Source of the DNA: an uncultured Methanosarcinales archaeon
GTDB taxonomy: Archaea; Nanobdellota; Nanobdellia; Woesearchaeales; ARS49
NCBI GenBank assembly: GCA_964637115.1
Contig: CAZWVL010000008.1
Location: 1-64,000 of the forward strand
Direction: 5' to 3'
DNA: 64,000 nt
The position numbers and the translations under genes are program-made. This document shows positions 37,256 to 47,015 of this stretch, one piece after another. The notes beneath the pieces are model-generated. The model worked only from the letters and a program-made list of their open reading frames with translations, was not told the origin of the DNA and did no database searches. Every line of letters starts with the position of its first letter. Position 1 is the stretch's first letter.

Positions 37256-38416
37256 TTACTCCTCGTGCGTGTATGGAACAATCCTCTTCAAAATAACGTC
37301 GCAAACTTTTTTTGTTGCATAAACGCCTCCTATGAATAGGCCACAGTCTATCAGTGTTGGAGAATTAGCCGCGGCAAATAAACTATATGCGCCAGCGCCC
37401 CCATAATAAGCAACATTAAGTGTGACAAAGTGCCTTAAAGTCTCCAAGGGATCCACATCTGGGCGGTCTTCTGGTTCAATTTTATCGAGGTCATCTTTCT
37501 TACCCTCAGCCTTCAGTTTTGCTCGCTGTAACATTTTTTTGCTTAAGTACAAACCTGCAAGAATGTAAGTTGTGAAGGCTGGGATTAGGTAACGATAAAA
37601 TTGATTGCGGTCCTCTTCATGAAGGCTGCCATGTCCATGCTTACTTGCGTTCCATTCTTGGTGAAGCATCAATGGTGGAAACACCCTTCCCAAGAGATAT
37701 TCCCAGTCAGAGTCGAAGCGTTGGCTATCTTGGTGATGCCCGATTTCATGTGCAATAATAGATTCAACGTTGCTATACACAACAACAGTTTTGGTCATTG
37801 GATTGTAATAATCTCCGCGGGCAAATTCAGCCCAAATCTCATCTTTGAAAGCTATCAGGCTGCCGAGCGTTAGTCGTGCAAATAAATTGTTTCTTTTAGA
37901 AAGATTGTCTTCTGCAAACATGCGGTACCAATCGTAAAAAGCTTCATTGTGGTTCAATCTTACTGTGATATCTTTTATGCTTGTATCATTTTCCAATAAT
38001 GCAAGTGCCGTTTTTGCTCTCTTTGCATCAAGACCCCAACCAACACCCAAATCTCCAAAGTACACTTTTCCTGGAATGCACATAACATGACCGATGAGGC
38101 GTGAAGGCAACCAGTCGGCGTCATTAACAATGGTATATCGATCAGTCTCGATAGTAAATGGCTTTGAAAAATCAATTTCAGAAGTGCTCACTATGTTCTC
38201 AAGAGTTTGCGGATTTTTCTGCTCTGGCTCTTCTTCAGGTTTTGTTTTGCTTTTTTGAAAGAATGTCGCCTTCTTTATGTGCATTTCAGAAGGAAGCGTA
38301 TATTTTTGTTCAGTTGGTGTTGATCCAGAACCTCCTGTAAAGAGATACCAAGTGTACAATCCGCCAAAAAAGGCGATTTTTCGCCAATTCCTTTTCAGGA
38401 AGTCACCGAAACCCAT
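37256..38416 (-). CDS. Membrane-associated HExxH zinc metallopeptidase-like protein
   Basis: IAHEIGHHQD and a downstream HQEWNAS third ligand; N- and C-terminal hydrophobic segments. Confidence 0.68.
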   Translation of the reverse strand: MGFGDFLKRNWRKIAFFGGLYTWYLFTGGSGSTPTEQKYTLPSEMHIKKATFFQKSKTKPEEEPEQKNPQTLENIVSTSEIDFSKPFTIETDRYTIVNDADWLPSRLIGHVMCIPGKVYFGDLGVGWGLDAKRAKTALALLENDTSIKDITVRLNHNEAFYDWYRMFAEDNLSKRNNLFARLTLGSLIAFKDEIWAEFARGDYYNPMTKTVVVYSNVESIIAHEIGHHQDSQRFDSDWEYLLGRVFPPLMLHQEWNASKHGHGSLHEEDRNQFYRYLIPAFTTYILAGLYLSKKMLQRAKLKAEGKKDDLDKIEPEDRPDVDPLETLRHFVTLNVAYYGGAGAYSLFAAANSPTLIDCGLFIGGVYATKKVCDVILKRIVPYTHEE

Positions 38417-38514
38417 ATAGAATAAACTATACAGAGTTATTTATTAAGTTTTCTATTTTTAGTCATTTATTAGTAGTTACTATTTGAACAAACGCTCTTA
38501 TCAAGCATCAAAAT

Positions 38515-38775
38515 CTAGTAACCCAACTCTCTCCAAACATCTCGCGGCTTCTCGTTGGGATACTGGCACTTGGGCTCCCGCATCCAATCACTGTAAGCAT
38601 AACAACTGCCCGTGCACTGCCTGTAACGGAAGCCGATATGATGCTCGTCATACTCGCAACTGCCAACAAAGTAACACTGACAGGACTGGCTCATGCTGCC
38701 TTCAACAGCAACAAAAAGAAACAAGACTAAAGCAACAACAACAGTAATGCCAAACAGCGAGCGCATCACGTTCAT
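38515..38775 (-). CDS. Small secreted Cys-rich protein
   Basis: Signal peptide followed by six Cys. Confidence 0.6.
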   Translation of the reverse strand: MNVMRSLFGITVVVALVLFLFVAVEGSMSQSCQCYFVGSCEYDEHHIGFRYRQCTGSCYAYSDWMREPKCQYPNEKPRDVWRELGY

Positions 38776-38806
38776 ACTATAGTATAGAGAATAAGGCTAT
38801 TTAAGA

Positions 38807-39736
38807 TTATTTGACGTACTCGCCAGTAGGAGTACCGCCAGTAACGTAACGATACGCTTCCAAAACAGCAACAGCGCCCATCCCTGCGCTGATAACAGTC
38901 TGCTTGTGAGGAACAACAGTAACATCACCACACGCATACAATCCAGGAGTTTTTGTCTTGCACAAAATATCAACAACAATCTCACCAATAGCATTAACGT
39001 CTACCAATCCATCAACCATTTTGGTGTGAGCATCCCAGCCAATCTCTGAAAAAATGCCCTGCACTAAAAGTTCACGACGCTTTTTCGTGTTCACATCCTC
39101 AATGATAAGAGATTTCACAAATTTGTCACCAGTAATTTCAACAGGAATATGATTTGTAATGATTTCAATCTTCAGATCTTTTTTTGCGTGCTCGACTGTG
39201 ACTTCATCCGCTCTAAATTTATCGCGCCTATGCACAAGATAAACCTTTTTTGCAATACGAGAAAGCTCTAAAGCTCCCTCCAGCGCACTGTTGCCGCCGC
39301 CAATAACTACCGTGTCTTTATTTGGAAATAAAGGCGCGTCACAAGTGGTGCAGGTGCTTAATCCTCTTCCGAAGAACTTGTCCTCACCAGGAATGTTCAG
39401 CTTTCTTCTTTCACGGCCATAACACAGAATGATGGTTTTTGATTCTAGCTTGCTGCCATCATTCAACTCAATTGAGAAATTCTTTGTTTTTGTAATCTTC
39501 GCAACCATTGCTTCATTAATCTCGCAGCCCCACTTCTTTGCAGAAGACCAGAACTTTTTCATCAATTCAGGGCCAGGACCTTCATAGCCAGGATAATTCT
39601 GAATATCATTAGTAGTATTTGTCTCGCCGCCGATGTTTGGACCAGTAATTAAAATGCATTTCAGCTTCTTCCTGCCGGCATAAATTGCAGCTGTCAAACC
39701 AGCAGCGCCAGCCCCAACAATAACTACGTCGTACAT
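38807..39736 (-). CDS. trxB: Thioredoxin reductase
   Basis: GAGAAG FAD motif, CTTC redox motif, GGGNSA NADPH motif, GLYACGD. Confidence 0.93.
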   Translation of the reverse strand: MYDVVIVGAGAAGLTAAIYAGRKKLKCILITGPNIGGETNTTNDIQNYPGYEGPGPELMKKFWSSAKKWGCEINEAMVAKITKTKNFSIELNDGSKLESKTIILCYGRERRKLNIPGEDKFFGRGLSTCTTCDAPLFPNKDTVVIGGGNSALEGALELSRIAKKVYLVHRRDKFRADEVTVEHAKKDLKIEIITNHIPVEITGDKFVKSLIIEDVNTKKRRELLVQGIFSEIGWDAHTKMVDGLVDVNAIGEIVVDILCKTKTPGLYACGDVTVVPHKQTVISAGMGAVAVLEAYRYVTGGTPTGEYVK

Positions 39737-39796
39737 ACTAAACCTTCACAAGCACCAGTATTTAAGTATTTTTACGAATGCCGCGCCGGTCATGAC

Positions 39797-39854
39797 TAAA
39801 TTTTTCTCCCCTGTGCATGCAAGGGGAGAAAAATTTACCTTGGTTACGCCAAGG
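39797..39854. repeat. 16-bp perfect-stem hairpin plus adjacent small hairpin in a divergent intergenic region
   Basis: TAAATTTTTCTCCCCT/AGGGGAGAAAAATTTA (39797-39837); CCTTGG ttacg CCAAGG (39838-39854). Confidence 0.75.
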
Positions 39855-39972
39855 CGGCGCGCCAGTTTACAAAGAAGAAGTCAGAAATTCATCACTTACC
39901 TGTTACTCCTCAATGATAGAAAAATATATTAAGAAGGGCAACAGTGAAATTTCAGCAAGGAGGAAAAGTTAC

Positions 39973-40362
39973 ATGAAAGCTTCTGACATGGGCGCATTTA
40001 TGGCAATCATTTTACTGGGGTTAAACCTGTTTGCAGCACTGCTGCTGGAAACAAAAATGCCAAAATATTACGGCTGGGAAATATTGTTCATATGCATCAT
40101 CGGACTTGTAACATTTGCAGTATTATTCGGACTATGGATAGATGAACCATGGGCATACCCATTAAGCTCAATCTTGTTCGCACTGTCCATCGCCAACGTG
40201 GTCTGGCTGTTCCACATCACAGACACTTTTACCACATCTGCATTTGCACTGCTGATAAACATTGCAGGACTTGTAATCTGCCTGGCAAACATAAGACAAC
40301 AAGCACCAGTGACTGGATCACTTGAGACGTACGAAGTTTCAGAAAGGCGCAGAAAAAAGTAA
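39973..40362 (+). CDS. Four-TM membrane protein
   Basis: Hydrophobic ORF from ATG 39973; basic C-tail. Confidence 0.7.
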   Translation: MKASDMGAFMAIILLGLNLFAALLLETKMPKYYGWEILFICIIGLVTFAVLFGLWIDEPWAYPLSSILFALSIANVVWLFHITDTFTTSAFALLINIAGLVICLANIRQQAPVTGSLETYEVSERRRKK

Positions 40363-40377
40363 TTTCTTTTATTTTCT

Positions 40378-40461
40378 TGTCGAAAACTTGCTAAAATCAT
40401 ATTATGATACTCCAAGTTTTCGAGCACAGTCGGAATCCGCAAAGCGGATTACCGATGTGCT
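40378..40461. repeat. Doublet of bulged hairpins overlapping the ATPase stop codon
   Basis: TG-TCGAAAACTTG...CAAGTTTTCGA-G-CA (40378-40426) and AGCACA-G-TCGG-AATCCGC aaa GCGGATT-A-CCGA-TGTGCT (40423-40461). Confidence 0.7.
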
Positions 40462-43055
40462 AAGAACTTGTGAATTTCTAAATAGATAAATCCGGTAAGG
40501 GCAACACCAGTTATCATAAGCCATTCCTTCAAAGACAATGCAACCAGATGAAACACGCCCTGCAGGAAAGGCACGTACATTATCAACAACTGCAGTGCAA
40601 ACGAAGACGCAACAGCAACCCAGAGCCATTTATTAGCAAATAAGCCAACAGCAAACACAGGCTTGTGAACACTTCTGCAGCCGATGGCCTGGAAAAGCTC
40701 AAACATAACAATAGACGTGAAAGCAACAGTCTGCGCTTTTGCCAACCCATGAGACTGGAACACGTCAAACAGCCAAATCGTGGCAATTGTCAACAAGACA
40801 GGATAAATGTAAATGTAAGGAGCAAGACCTGTGAAAATACTCGCATTTGCCCTTCTTGGAGGACGCTGCATCACGCCAGGCTCAACAGGGTCAACACCCA
40901 AAGCCAAAGCAGGCAAGCCATCGGTCACAAGGTTAATCCACAAAATCTGGATTGCGATCAAAGGAAGAGGCAAGCCAAGCAGGATGCTCGACAGAATTAC
41001 AAGCACCTCACCAATATTTCCAGACAAAAGATACGCCAAATACTTCTGAATATTGTCAAAAATCCTCCTGCCTTCCTCGATAGCCCTGACGATAGTTGCA
41101 AAATTGTCATCGGCCAAAATCATTCCAGAAGCTTCCTTCGCAACATCAGTGCCGGTTATGCCCATAGCAATGCCCAAGTCCGCCTTCTTCAACGCAGGAG
41201 CGTCATTAACACCGTCACCCGTCATGGCAACAATATGGCCTCTTGCCTTCAACGCACCGATAATCTTCAGCTTATGAGCAGGATTCACGCGAGCATAAAT
41301 GGCAATATTCTCAACTTCTTCTGACAAGTCGCTAATCTGGTCGAGCTCAAGACCAGTAATAGCACGACCTCTAATTCCAAGCTCCTTGGCAACAGCCTGA
41401 GCAGTAGATATATGGTCGCCAGTAATCATAACAACCTTGATTCCAGCAGTCTCGCACCTTTCAATAGCCTCTTTCGCTTCTCTGCGTGGAGGATCGATCA
41501 TCGCCTGCAAGCCAACAAAAACCATTTCTTTTTCAGGATCGCTCTTTGCATCCAATTTCTTGTAAGCAAAACCCAAAACTCTCAAAGCCTGATTTGCAAA
41601 CTTCTCATTCTGAGAAATAATAGCCTGCTTTTCCTCTCTTGTCAGCCGTTGCTCATGACCATTAACCAGAATCTTGGAGCACAGTGACAATACAATCTCA
41701 GGAGCACCTTTTGCATAAGCAACCTTAGTCTTGCCAACAGAATGCAGAGTTGTCATCCGCTTGCGCTCACTCGTGAATTCTATCTCGCCGACACGAGGGC
41801 ATTCATCGTGCAATGTTTCCACATCAAATTTCGCTTTCTTGGCAGCCACTATCAAAGCAGCCTCGGTCGGATCACCAATAACCTGCCAAGAATCATTCTC
41901 AAGCTTCAGCTTCGCATTATTATTCAAAGCGCCAATACGCAATAAAAGCTCAAATGCTTTCGAATCTTTTGAAAAATAGCCCTCAGGAGAATAACCAGAG
42001 CCTGCAACCTCAACTTCCTGACGATTAACATACAACTTGCGCACGGTCATCTCGTTATGAGTCAAGGTGCCAGTCTTGTCGCTGCAAATGACCGAACAAG
42101 CGCCAAGCGTTTCAACACTTGGCAGGTTGCGCACGAGCGCATTCTTCCTCGCCATACGCTGAACACCAATAGAAAGGCCAACAGTAACTACTGCAGGCAA
42201 ACCTTCAGGAATAGCTGCAACAGCCAACGCAATTGCTGTGAGCAGGACAGCCGTAACCGGCTGGTCAATCTTCAAAACGCCCACAATAAACACAATAACT
42301 GCAACAATTACAACCATCACACCGATATAAGCGCCCAATTTCTTCAGCGTCTTCTGCAAAGGAGTTGCTTCTGGCTTGGCTTCCTGAATCATACGCGCAA
42401 TATTACCAATCTCAGTATGCATGCCGGTTCCAGTAACAACGGCACGCGCGTGGCCGTTAGTAATAATGGTACTTGAAAAAAGCATATTATGCCTATCGGC
42501 AACAGCCAGCTCTTTCTTGAACGTTTCCAATTCTTTCTTCACAGGCAGGCTTTCTCCAGTCAAGGCTGCCTCCTGAGTCTGCAAATTTACAGACTCCAGC
42601 AGACGCGCATCTGCAGGAATTTTGTCTCCAGTATCAAGCAAAATAATATCTCCAGGAACAACTTCTGACGCATCAATTTCCGATTCCTGCCCGTCACGCA
42701 GTACCGTTGCCTTCAAGGAAATCATTTTCTTGAGCGCTTCGATCGCCCTTTCAGCCCGATATTCCTGAACAAAACCAAGAATTGCGTTCAAGACGACAAT
42801 GGCACCAATAACGTAAAAATCAACATACTCCTTAACCACCAAAGAAATAATCATTGCTGCCAGCAAAATCCACACAATAGGACTCTTGAACTGGCCCAAA
42901 AAAATGAAGAACGGATGAAGTTCTTCTGCCTCACGAATCTGATTGTGACCGTATATTTTGAGACGCTCAGCTGCTTCTGCGCTAGACAAACCCTTATCAG
43001 ACACGTTCAGCTCTGCAAGGACCTCTTTTTCTGTGAGAAGATAATGTTCGACCAC
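40449..43055 (-). CDS. P-type ATPase, type IIA (Ca2+-transporting-like)
   Basis: TGES, PEGLP, DKTGTLT, DPPR, TGDGVND, INLVTDGLPA. Confidence 0.95.
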   Translation of the reverse strand: MVEHYLLTEKEVLAELNVSDKGLSSAEAAERLKIYGHNQIREAEELHPFFIFLGQFKSPIVWILLAAMIISLVVKEYVDFYVIGAIVVLNAILGFVQEYRAERAIEALKKMISLKATVLRDGQESEIDASEVVPGDIILLDTGDKIPADARLLESVNLQTQEAALTGESLPVKKELETFKKELAVADRHNMLFSSTIITNGHARAVVTGTGMHTEIGNIARMIQEAKPEATPLQKTLKKLGAYIGVMVVIVAVIVFIVGVLKIDQPVTAVLLTAIALAVAAIPEGLPAVVTVGLSIGVQRMARKNALVRNLPSVETLGACSVICSDKTGTLTHNEMTVRKLYVNRQEVEVAGSGYSPEGYFSKDSKAFELLLRIGALNNNAKLKLENDSWQVIGDPTEAALIVAAKKAKFDVETLHDECPRVGEIEFTSERKRMTTLHSVGKTKVAYAKGAPEIVLSLCSKILVNGHEQRLTREEKQAIISQNEKFANQALRVLGFAYKKLDAKSDPEKEMVFVGLQAMIDPPRREAKEAIERCETAGIKVVMITGDHISTAQAVAKELGIRGRAITGLELDQISDLSEEVENIAIYARVNPAHKLKIIGALKARGHIVAMTGDGVNDAPALKKADLGIAMGITGTDVAKEASGMILADDNFATIVRAIEEGRRIFDNIQKYLAYLLSGNIGEVLVILSSILLGLPLPLIAIQILWINLVTDGLPALALGVDPVEPGVMQRPPRRANASIFTGLAPYIYIYPVLLTIATIWLFDVFQSHGLAKAQTVAFTSIVMFELFQAIGCRSVHKPVFAVGLFANKWLWVAVASSFALQLLIMYVPFLQGVFHLVALSLKEWLMITGVALTGFIYLEIHKFLAHR

Positions 43056-43142
43056 AAAAAACAGCTGGAATTACGAATATATATAGTTAACGAAGAAAGA
43101 TTTAAAATAAACTGCACGTATAACAACAAAAAAGGTGATTAA

Positions 43143-43988
43143 ATGGTAACAGCACAAGACTTAATGCGAAAAGACTACATTTCTGTCGATATCAGCGATA
43201 CTGTTTCTGTGCTTCTGGGAGCTCTAAAAAAAGCAAAAGAACACTATGCACTCGTATTCGACGGCAAGAAGTATTTAGGCATGGTTGCCAAAAGATTCCT
43301 GCTTTCCAGCAGAATAGACCCTACAACGATGAAAGTGGGAAATATAACAAAAAAACGATCAAAATCAAAAACAGCATTCTTCGTGCCGGAACTTTCACTT
43401 GACACGGATATAAAAGAAATATGCAAGCTAATGTCAAGCTCTGACAGCCACGTGCTTCCTGTTTTAGAGAAGGACAAGGTCATCGGCATCGTGCAGGCAA
43501 GCGACGTCGTGCATGAGATAGCCCGTGAATACGCAAAGGTATCCTGCCAGGAATTCTCGCCAGTACTCATAACTGCCAGCGCTGACGACGGAATTGATGC
43601 TGCAATCAGGATTCTCAGCAGAGAAAGCATAGACCACCTGCCAATAGTCGACAAGGAAAACGCAGTAATAGGCATGGTAGCAATGTCAGACTTATTGGAC
43701 AACCCGAACTTTTGGGGAATGCAGGCACAAAAAATATCGCAAGCAGCCAGCCACCAGAGAGGCAAACGAACAGGATACGGACACGGCGAGAAGACAAAAA
43801 TGTCAAACCTGCCGATAAGAAACTTATTGAGCAGAAAACAATTATGCTGCACTTCTCCGGAAACAAAAGTGCCTGATGCTGTCGCATTAATGGAAGAAGA
43901 AGGAGTATGCAGCATTGTGCTTGTAAAGAACAAGAAAGCATTCGGCATTTTCACCATGAAATCCCTGCTGATGGATTATGCGAAATGA
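43143..43988 (+). CDS. CBS-domain protein (two CBS pairs)
   Basis: Repeated CBS patterns (LPVLEKDKVIGIV, LPIVDKENAVIGMV). Confidence 0.85.
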   Translation: MVTAQDLMRKDYISVDISDTVSVLLGALKKAKEHYALVFDGKKYLGMVAKRFLLSSRIDPTTMKVGNITKKRSKSKTAFFVPELSLDTDIKEICKLMSSSDSHVLPVLEKDKVIGIVQASDVVHEIAREYAKVSCQEFSPVLITASADDGIDAAIRILSRESIDHLPIVDKENAVIGMVAMSDLLDNPNFWGMQAQKISQAASHQRGKRTGYGHGEKTKMSNLPIRNLLSRKQLCCTSPETKVPDAVALMEEEGVCSIVLVKNKKAFGIFTMKSLLMDYAK

Positions 43989-44604
43989 ATGGATAATATT
44001 GCTATTGTTAGTTGCATGCATGGTGCCACGGCAGCCGCCGGCACATTCAGTACCAGCGCAGGAAGTTATGACTTCTGTTGCGCCTAAAGTTCCAACAATT
44101 GAAATTATTCCTCAAAAAACACTTACTCCTGAGGTGAAAAGTATGAAACTATCCAGCCCTGCATTCCAGCACGAAGGAAAAATTCCTTCTAAATATACCT
44201 GCGACGGAGAGAATGTTAATCCAGCATTAGTTTTTTCTGATGTTCCTGCGAATGCGAAAAGTTTAGTGCTAATAATGGACGATCCTGACATTCCCGACTT
44301 TGCAAAACAGCGAATCGGCAAGGACGTATTTGATCACTGGGTAATTTTCAACATAAAGCCAGATGTTACAAAAATATCAGAAGGCGAAGCGCCTGGAACC
44401 CAAGGAAACAACAGCAGAGGAGAAGCAAAATACACCGGGCCATGCCCGCCAGACAGAGAACACAGATATTTCTTCAAGCTGTTTGCACTTGACACAATGC
44501 TGAGTTTGCCTGAAGGCTCGACTAAAGAACAAGTTCTAGAAGCAATCAAAGGACATGTTCTGGCGGAAACAGAGTTGATGGGAAAGTATCAACGTAAGAT
44601 TTAA
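43978..44604 (+). CDS. YbhB/YbcL (PEBP) family protein with lipobox extension
   Basis: IPSKYTCDGEN, LIMDDPD, FDHW, YTGPCPP...HRYFFKLFALD; LVAC lipobox. Confidence 0.9.
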   Translation: MRNEWIILLLLVACMVPRQPPAHSVPAQEVMTSVAPKVPTIEIIPQKTLTPEVKSMKLSSPAFQHEGKIPSKYTCDGENVNPALVFSDVPANAKSLVLIMDDPDIPDFAKQRIGKDVFDHWVIFNIKPDVTKISEGEAPGTQGNNSRGEAKYTGPCPPDREHRYFFKLFALDTMLSLPEGSTKEQVLEAIKGHVLAETELMGKYQRKI

Positions 44605-44739
44605 TGTTCTTCTCCGTATTAATCTAATGCCTCGATTAAATCGGCCGAAAAGGTGAGACATTTTGTACGGCTACGACAACTTTGCATACTCTTCATGATT
44701 TTCAATCACGAGAACGACTAAAAAAGAAAGAAGAGGAAC

Positions 44740-45228
44740 TTACTTATTTTTAATATATACTTTATATTGGGCGAGATCAGGAATTAATTCAACAACAACG
44801 TCCTTTCTCTGAATAGCTGGGAAAAATTTATCCATACTAACTCTTTGTGAATTATCCATCCAGCGCCTTCCCGCACTATATTCTTCAGCTGCTACATGTG
44901 CCATATACTGAATATCGCCTTCTGTAACCCCTTCCCAAATTTGTTCACAAATCCCTCGTTGTTCATCTGCACCTTTTGTAAATCTATAAATCTTTGGTGT
45001 TACGGGTTGACGATGTTTTTTATGTTGAATCATTATTTGAATCCACATCATATATTGATGAGTACTTTTATTTAATTGAAATTCATTCCAGAACTCTACA
45101 CCAGCATATTCTAAAGTATCACCAGCATGCCCACTTTTTGCTACAATCTTAGGGAGTAATCCACTCTGATTTAAGTTAGCCCAAACTCTTTCTTCTAATT
45201 GCCGATATCTCTCAGGTTTATCTTTCAT
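44740..45228 (-). CDS. Hypothetical protein
   Basis: 162-aa ORF with upstream TTTATAA box. Confidence 0.65.
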   Translation of the reverse strand: MKDKPERYRQLEERVWANLNQSGLLPKIVAKSGHAGDTLEYAGVEFWNEFQLNKSTHQYMMWIQIMIQHKKHRQPVTPKIYRFTKGADEQRGICEQIWEGVTEGDIQYMAHVAAEEYSAGRRWMDNSQRVSMDKFFPAIQRKDVVVELIPDLAQYKVYIKNK

Positions 45229-45293
45229 GCATTATTGATAATTCATTCGTTTATAAACTTTTCCTTTTTTGTCACTCTGAAGTTACTAAATTT

Positions 45294-45332
45294 TAAGCAT
45301 AAGAATAATCTAAAATAAGCATAAGATAATCT
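45294..45332. promoter_or_regulatory. Tandem direct repeats, candidate operator
   Basis: TAAGCATAAGAATAATCT and TAAGCATAAGATAATCT start 22 bp apart, upstream of a wHTH gene. Confidence 0.45.
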
Positions 45333-45379
45333 TTTTATAGACATAAAGATTAATATAGCAGTATACGAAATAGGTATAC

Positions 45380-45604
45380 GTGTTGAGTGAAAGACAACCC
45401 AGAAGGCACTTCAAGGAAATCAGGCAGATAATTCTACGCGACCTGCTAATGGGGCAGAGGACAGTCAATCAAATAGCTGAAAATACGGGATTAACCTGGC
45501 GCACGGTTGACAATCACCTCATCTATCTTTCTGGAAAAGGACTGGTTGAACCAGTATTTGTAAGCGAATACGTCAAGATTTACCGGCTGAAGGTGGCCAG
45601 ATGA
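45380..45604 (+). CDS. Small winged-helix (ArsR-like) regulator
   Basis: TVNQIAENTGLTWRTVDNHLIYLSGKGLV. Confidence 0.8.
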   Translation: MLSERQPRRHFKEIRQIILRDLLMGQRTVNQIAENTGLTWRTVDNHLIYLSGKGLVEPVFVSEYVKIYRLKVAR

Positions 45605-45829
45605 GCAAACTAAAAGTTCTCATGTTCGGATGCTCATCAAACCTTTGCAAAAGGTTTGATCTAAAGCACTCAAGCGGGATTTCCGCTGCGCTACAATCCC
45701 GCGACATGTCGGAAATGCTTTGCATTTCCGAGCATGCTCGGAAATCTTTGATTTCCGACATACCAAAAGCCGTCCCGGCCGCATGGGAGGCAAGAACATG
45801 AGCAAACTAAAAGTTCTCATGTTCGGATG
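45601..45829 (+). mobile_element. 165-bp multi-hairpin insertion flanked by a perfect 32-bp duplication of the GT4 gene start
   Basis: ATGAGCAAACTAAAAGTTCTCATGTTCGGATG at 45601-45632 and 45798-45829; four hairpins and a new GGGAGG RBS in between. Confidence 0.8.
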
Positions 45830-47015
45830 GGAATTCCCACCATTCAAATCAGGAGGACTAGGAACAGCATGCTATGGACTGACAAAAGGACTGGCGCGAA
45901 ACGGGTGTGAAGTAACATTTGTCATGCCAGTAACGCCAGAAGGAGCAAAAGCCAAGTTTGTGAAATTGGTTGGCTCTTCCAACATTGCAAGGAACGTCAA
46001 AATAAGAAAAGTCGAAAGTCCGCTGATGGCGTATATGACTTCATCATCTTATGAAGAACACATAACAATCAGCGGCAACAAGAAAAAACACGTCTACGGA
46101 AGAGACTTGTTTGAAGAAGTGCAGCGTTATGCAGCATTGGCAAAATACATTGCAAAAGAAGAAGAGCATGATATCATCCACGCACACGACTGGATGACCT
46201 ATCAGGCAGGCATAAATGCGAAAAAAGCCAGTAAGAAGCCGTTGGTTGTGCATCTGCACGCAACAGAATTCGACAGAACAGGAGAAAATCCAGACGACAG
46301 AATCAGCCACATAGAATGGCTTGGACTAAAAGAAGCAGACAGAATAATCACGAACAGCAACTACACAAAACAAAACATCATCAAGCATTACAAGATACCG
46401 GCAGAGAAGATAGACGTCGTGCACTGGGGAATTGATGATGTTGACGTTCCATCATTTGACACGCCTCTCAAAAAAGATAAGATAGTGCTCTTCCTGGGAA
46501 GAATAACACTCCAGAAAGGACCGGACTATTTCATAGAAGTAGCCAAGAAAGTTCTTACATACGAGCCGGATACGAAATTCGTCATTGTGGGAGACGGAGA
46601 CATGCTGCCACGCATAATTAATCGCGCGGCAGAACTTGGAATAACAAACAAAATCATCTTCACAGGTGCGTTGTCAGGAGACGATGTTCATAGAGCATTC
46701 AAGACAGCAGACATCTATGTAATGCCAAGCGTCTCAGAACCATTCGGACTTGTTGCACTTGAAAGCCTGAAAAACGGCACTCCAGTCATTATAAGTAAGC
46801 AGAGCGGCGTGGCAGAAGTGCTCAAGCACGCGCTTAAAGTAGACTTCTGGGATATTGATGAAATGACCAACAAGATTGTGGCAGTGCTCAGGCATCAAGC
46901 ACTCAAAGAGGAACTGAAAGAACACGGCATGCACGAAGTGCAAAAGTTCAACCTTGACGAGCCAGCACGAAAAGTAAGAGACACGTATCATCACGTCCGA
47001 GGTGAGCACGCATGA
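45798..47015 (+). CDS. GT4 glycosyltransferase (glycogen synthase-like)
   Basis: MFGWEFPP..SGGLG, HAHDWMT, FLGRITLQKG, MPSVSEPFGLVALE. Confidence 0.92.
   Translation: MSKLKVLMFGWEFPPFKSGGLGTACYGLTKGLARNGCEVTFVMPVTPEGAKAKFVKLVGSSNIARNVKIRKVESPLMAYMTSSSYEEHITISGNKKKHVYGRDLFEEVQRYAALAKYIAKEEEHDIIHAHDWMTYQAGINAKKASKKPLVVHLHATEFDRTGENPDDRISHIEWLGLKEADRIITNSNYTKQNIIKHYKIPAEKIDVVHWGIDDVDVPSFDTPLKKDKIVLFLGRITLQKGPDYFIEVAKKVLTYEPDTKFVIVGDGDMLPRIINRAAELGITNKIIFTGALSGDDVHRAFKTADIYVMPSVSEPFGLVALESLKNGTPVIISKQSGVAEVLKHALKVDFWDIDEMTNKIVAVLRHQALKEELKEHGMHEVQKFNLDEPARKVRDTYHHVRGEHA

Noticed and set aside
40665-43957. Long antisense ORFs (40665-41324, 42057-42476, 43244-43957)
   Set aside because: They shadow well-supported ATPase and CBS genes and show no motifs.
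45601-45801. 66-aa ORF as an independent functional protein gene
   Set aside because: It consists of a duplicated gene start plus hairpin DNA; it is reported only as a possible coupling relay.
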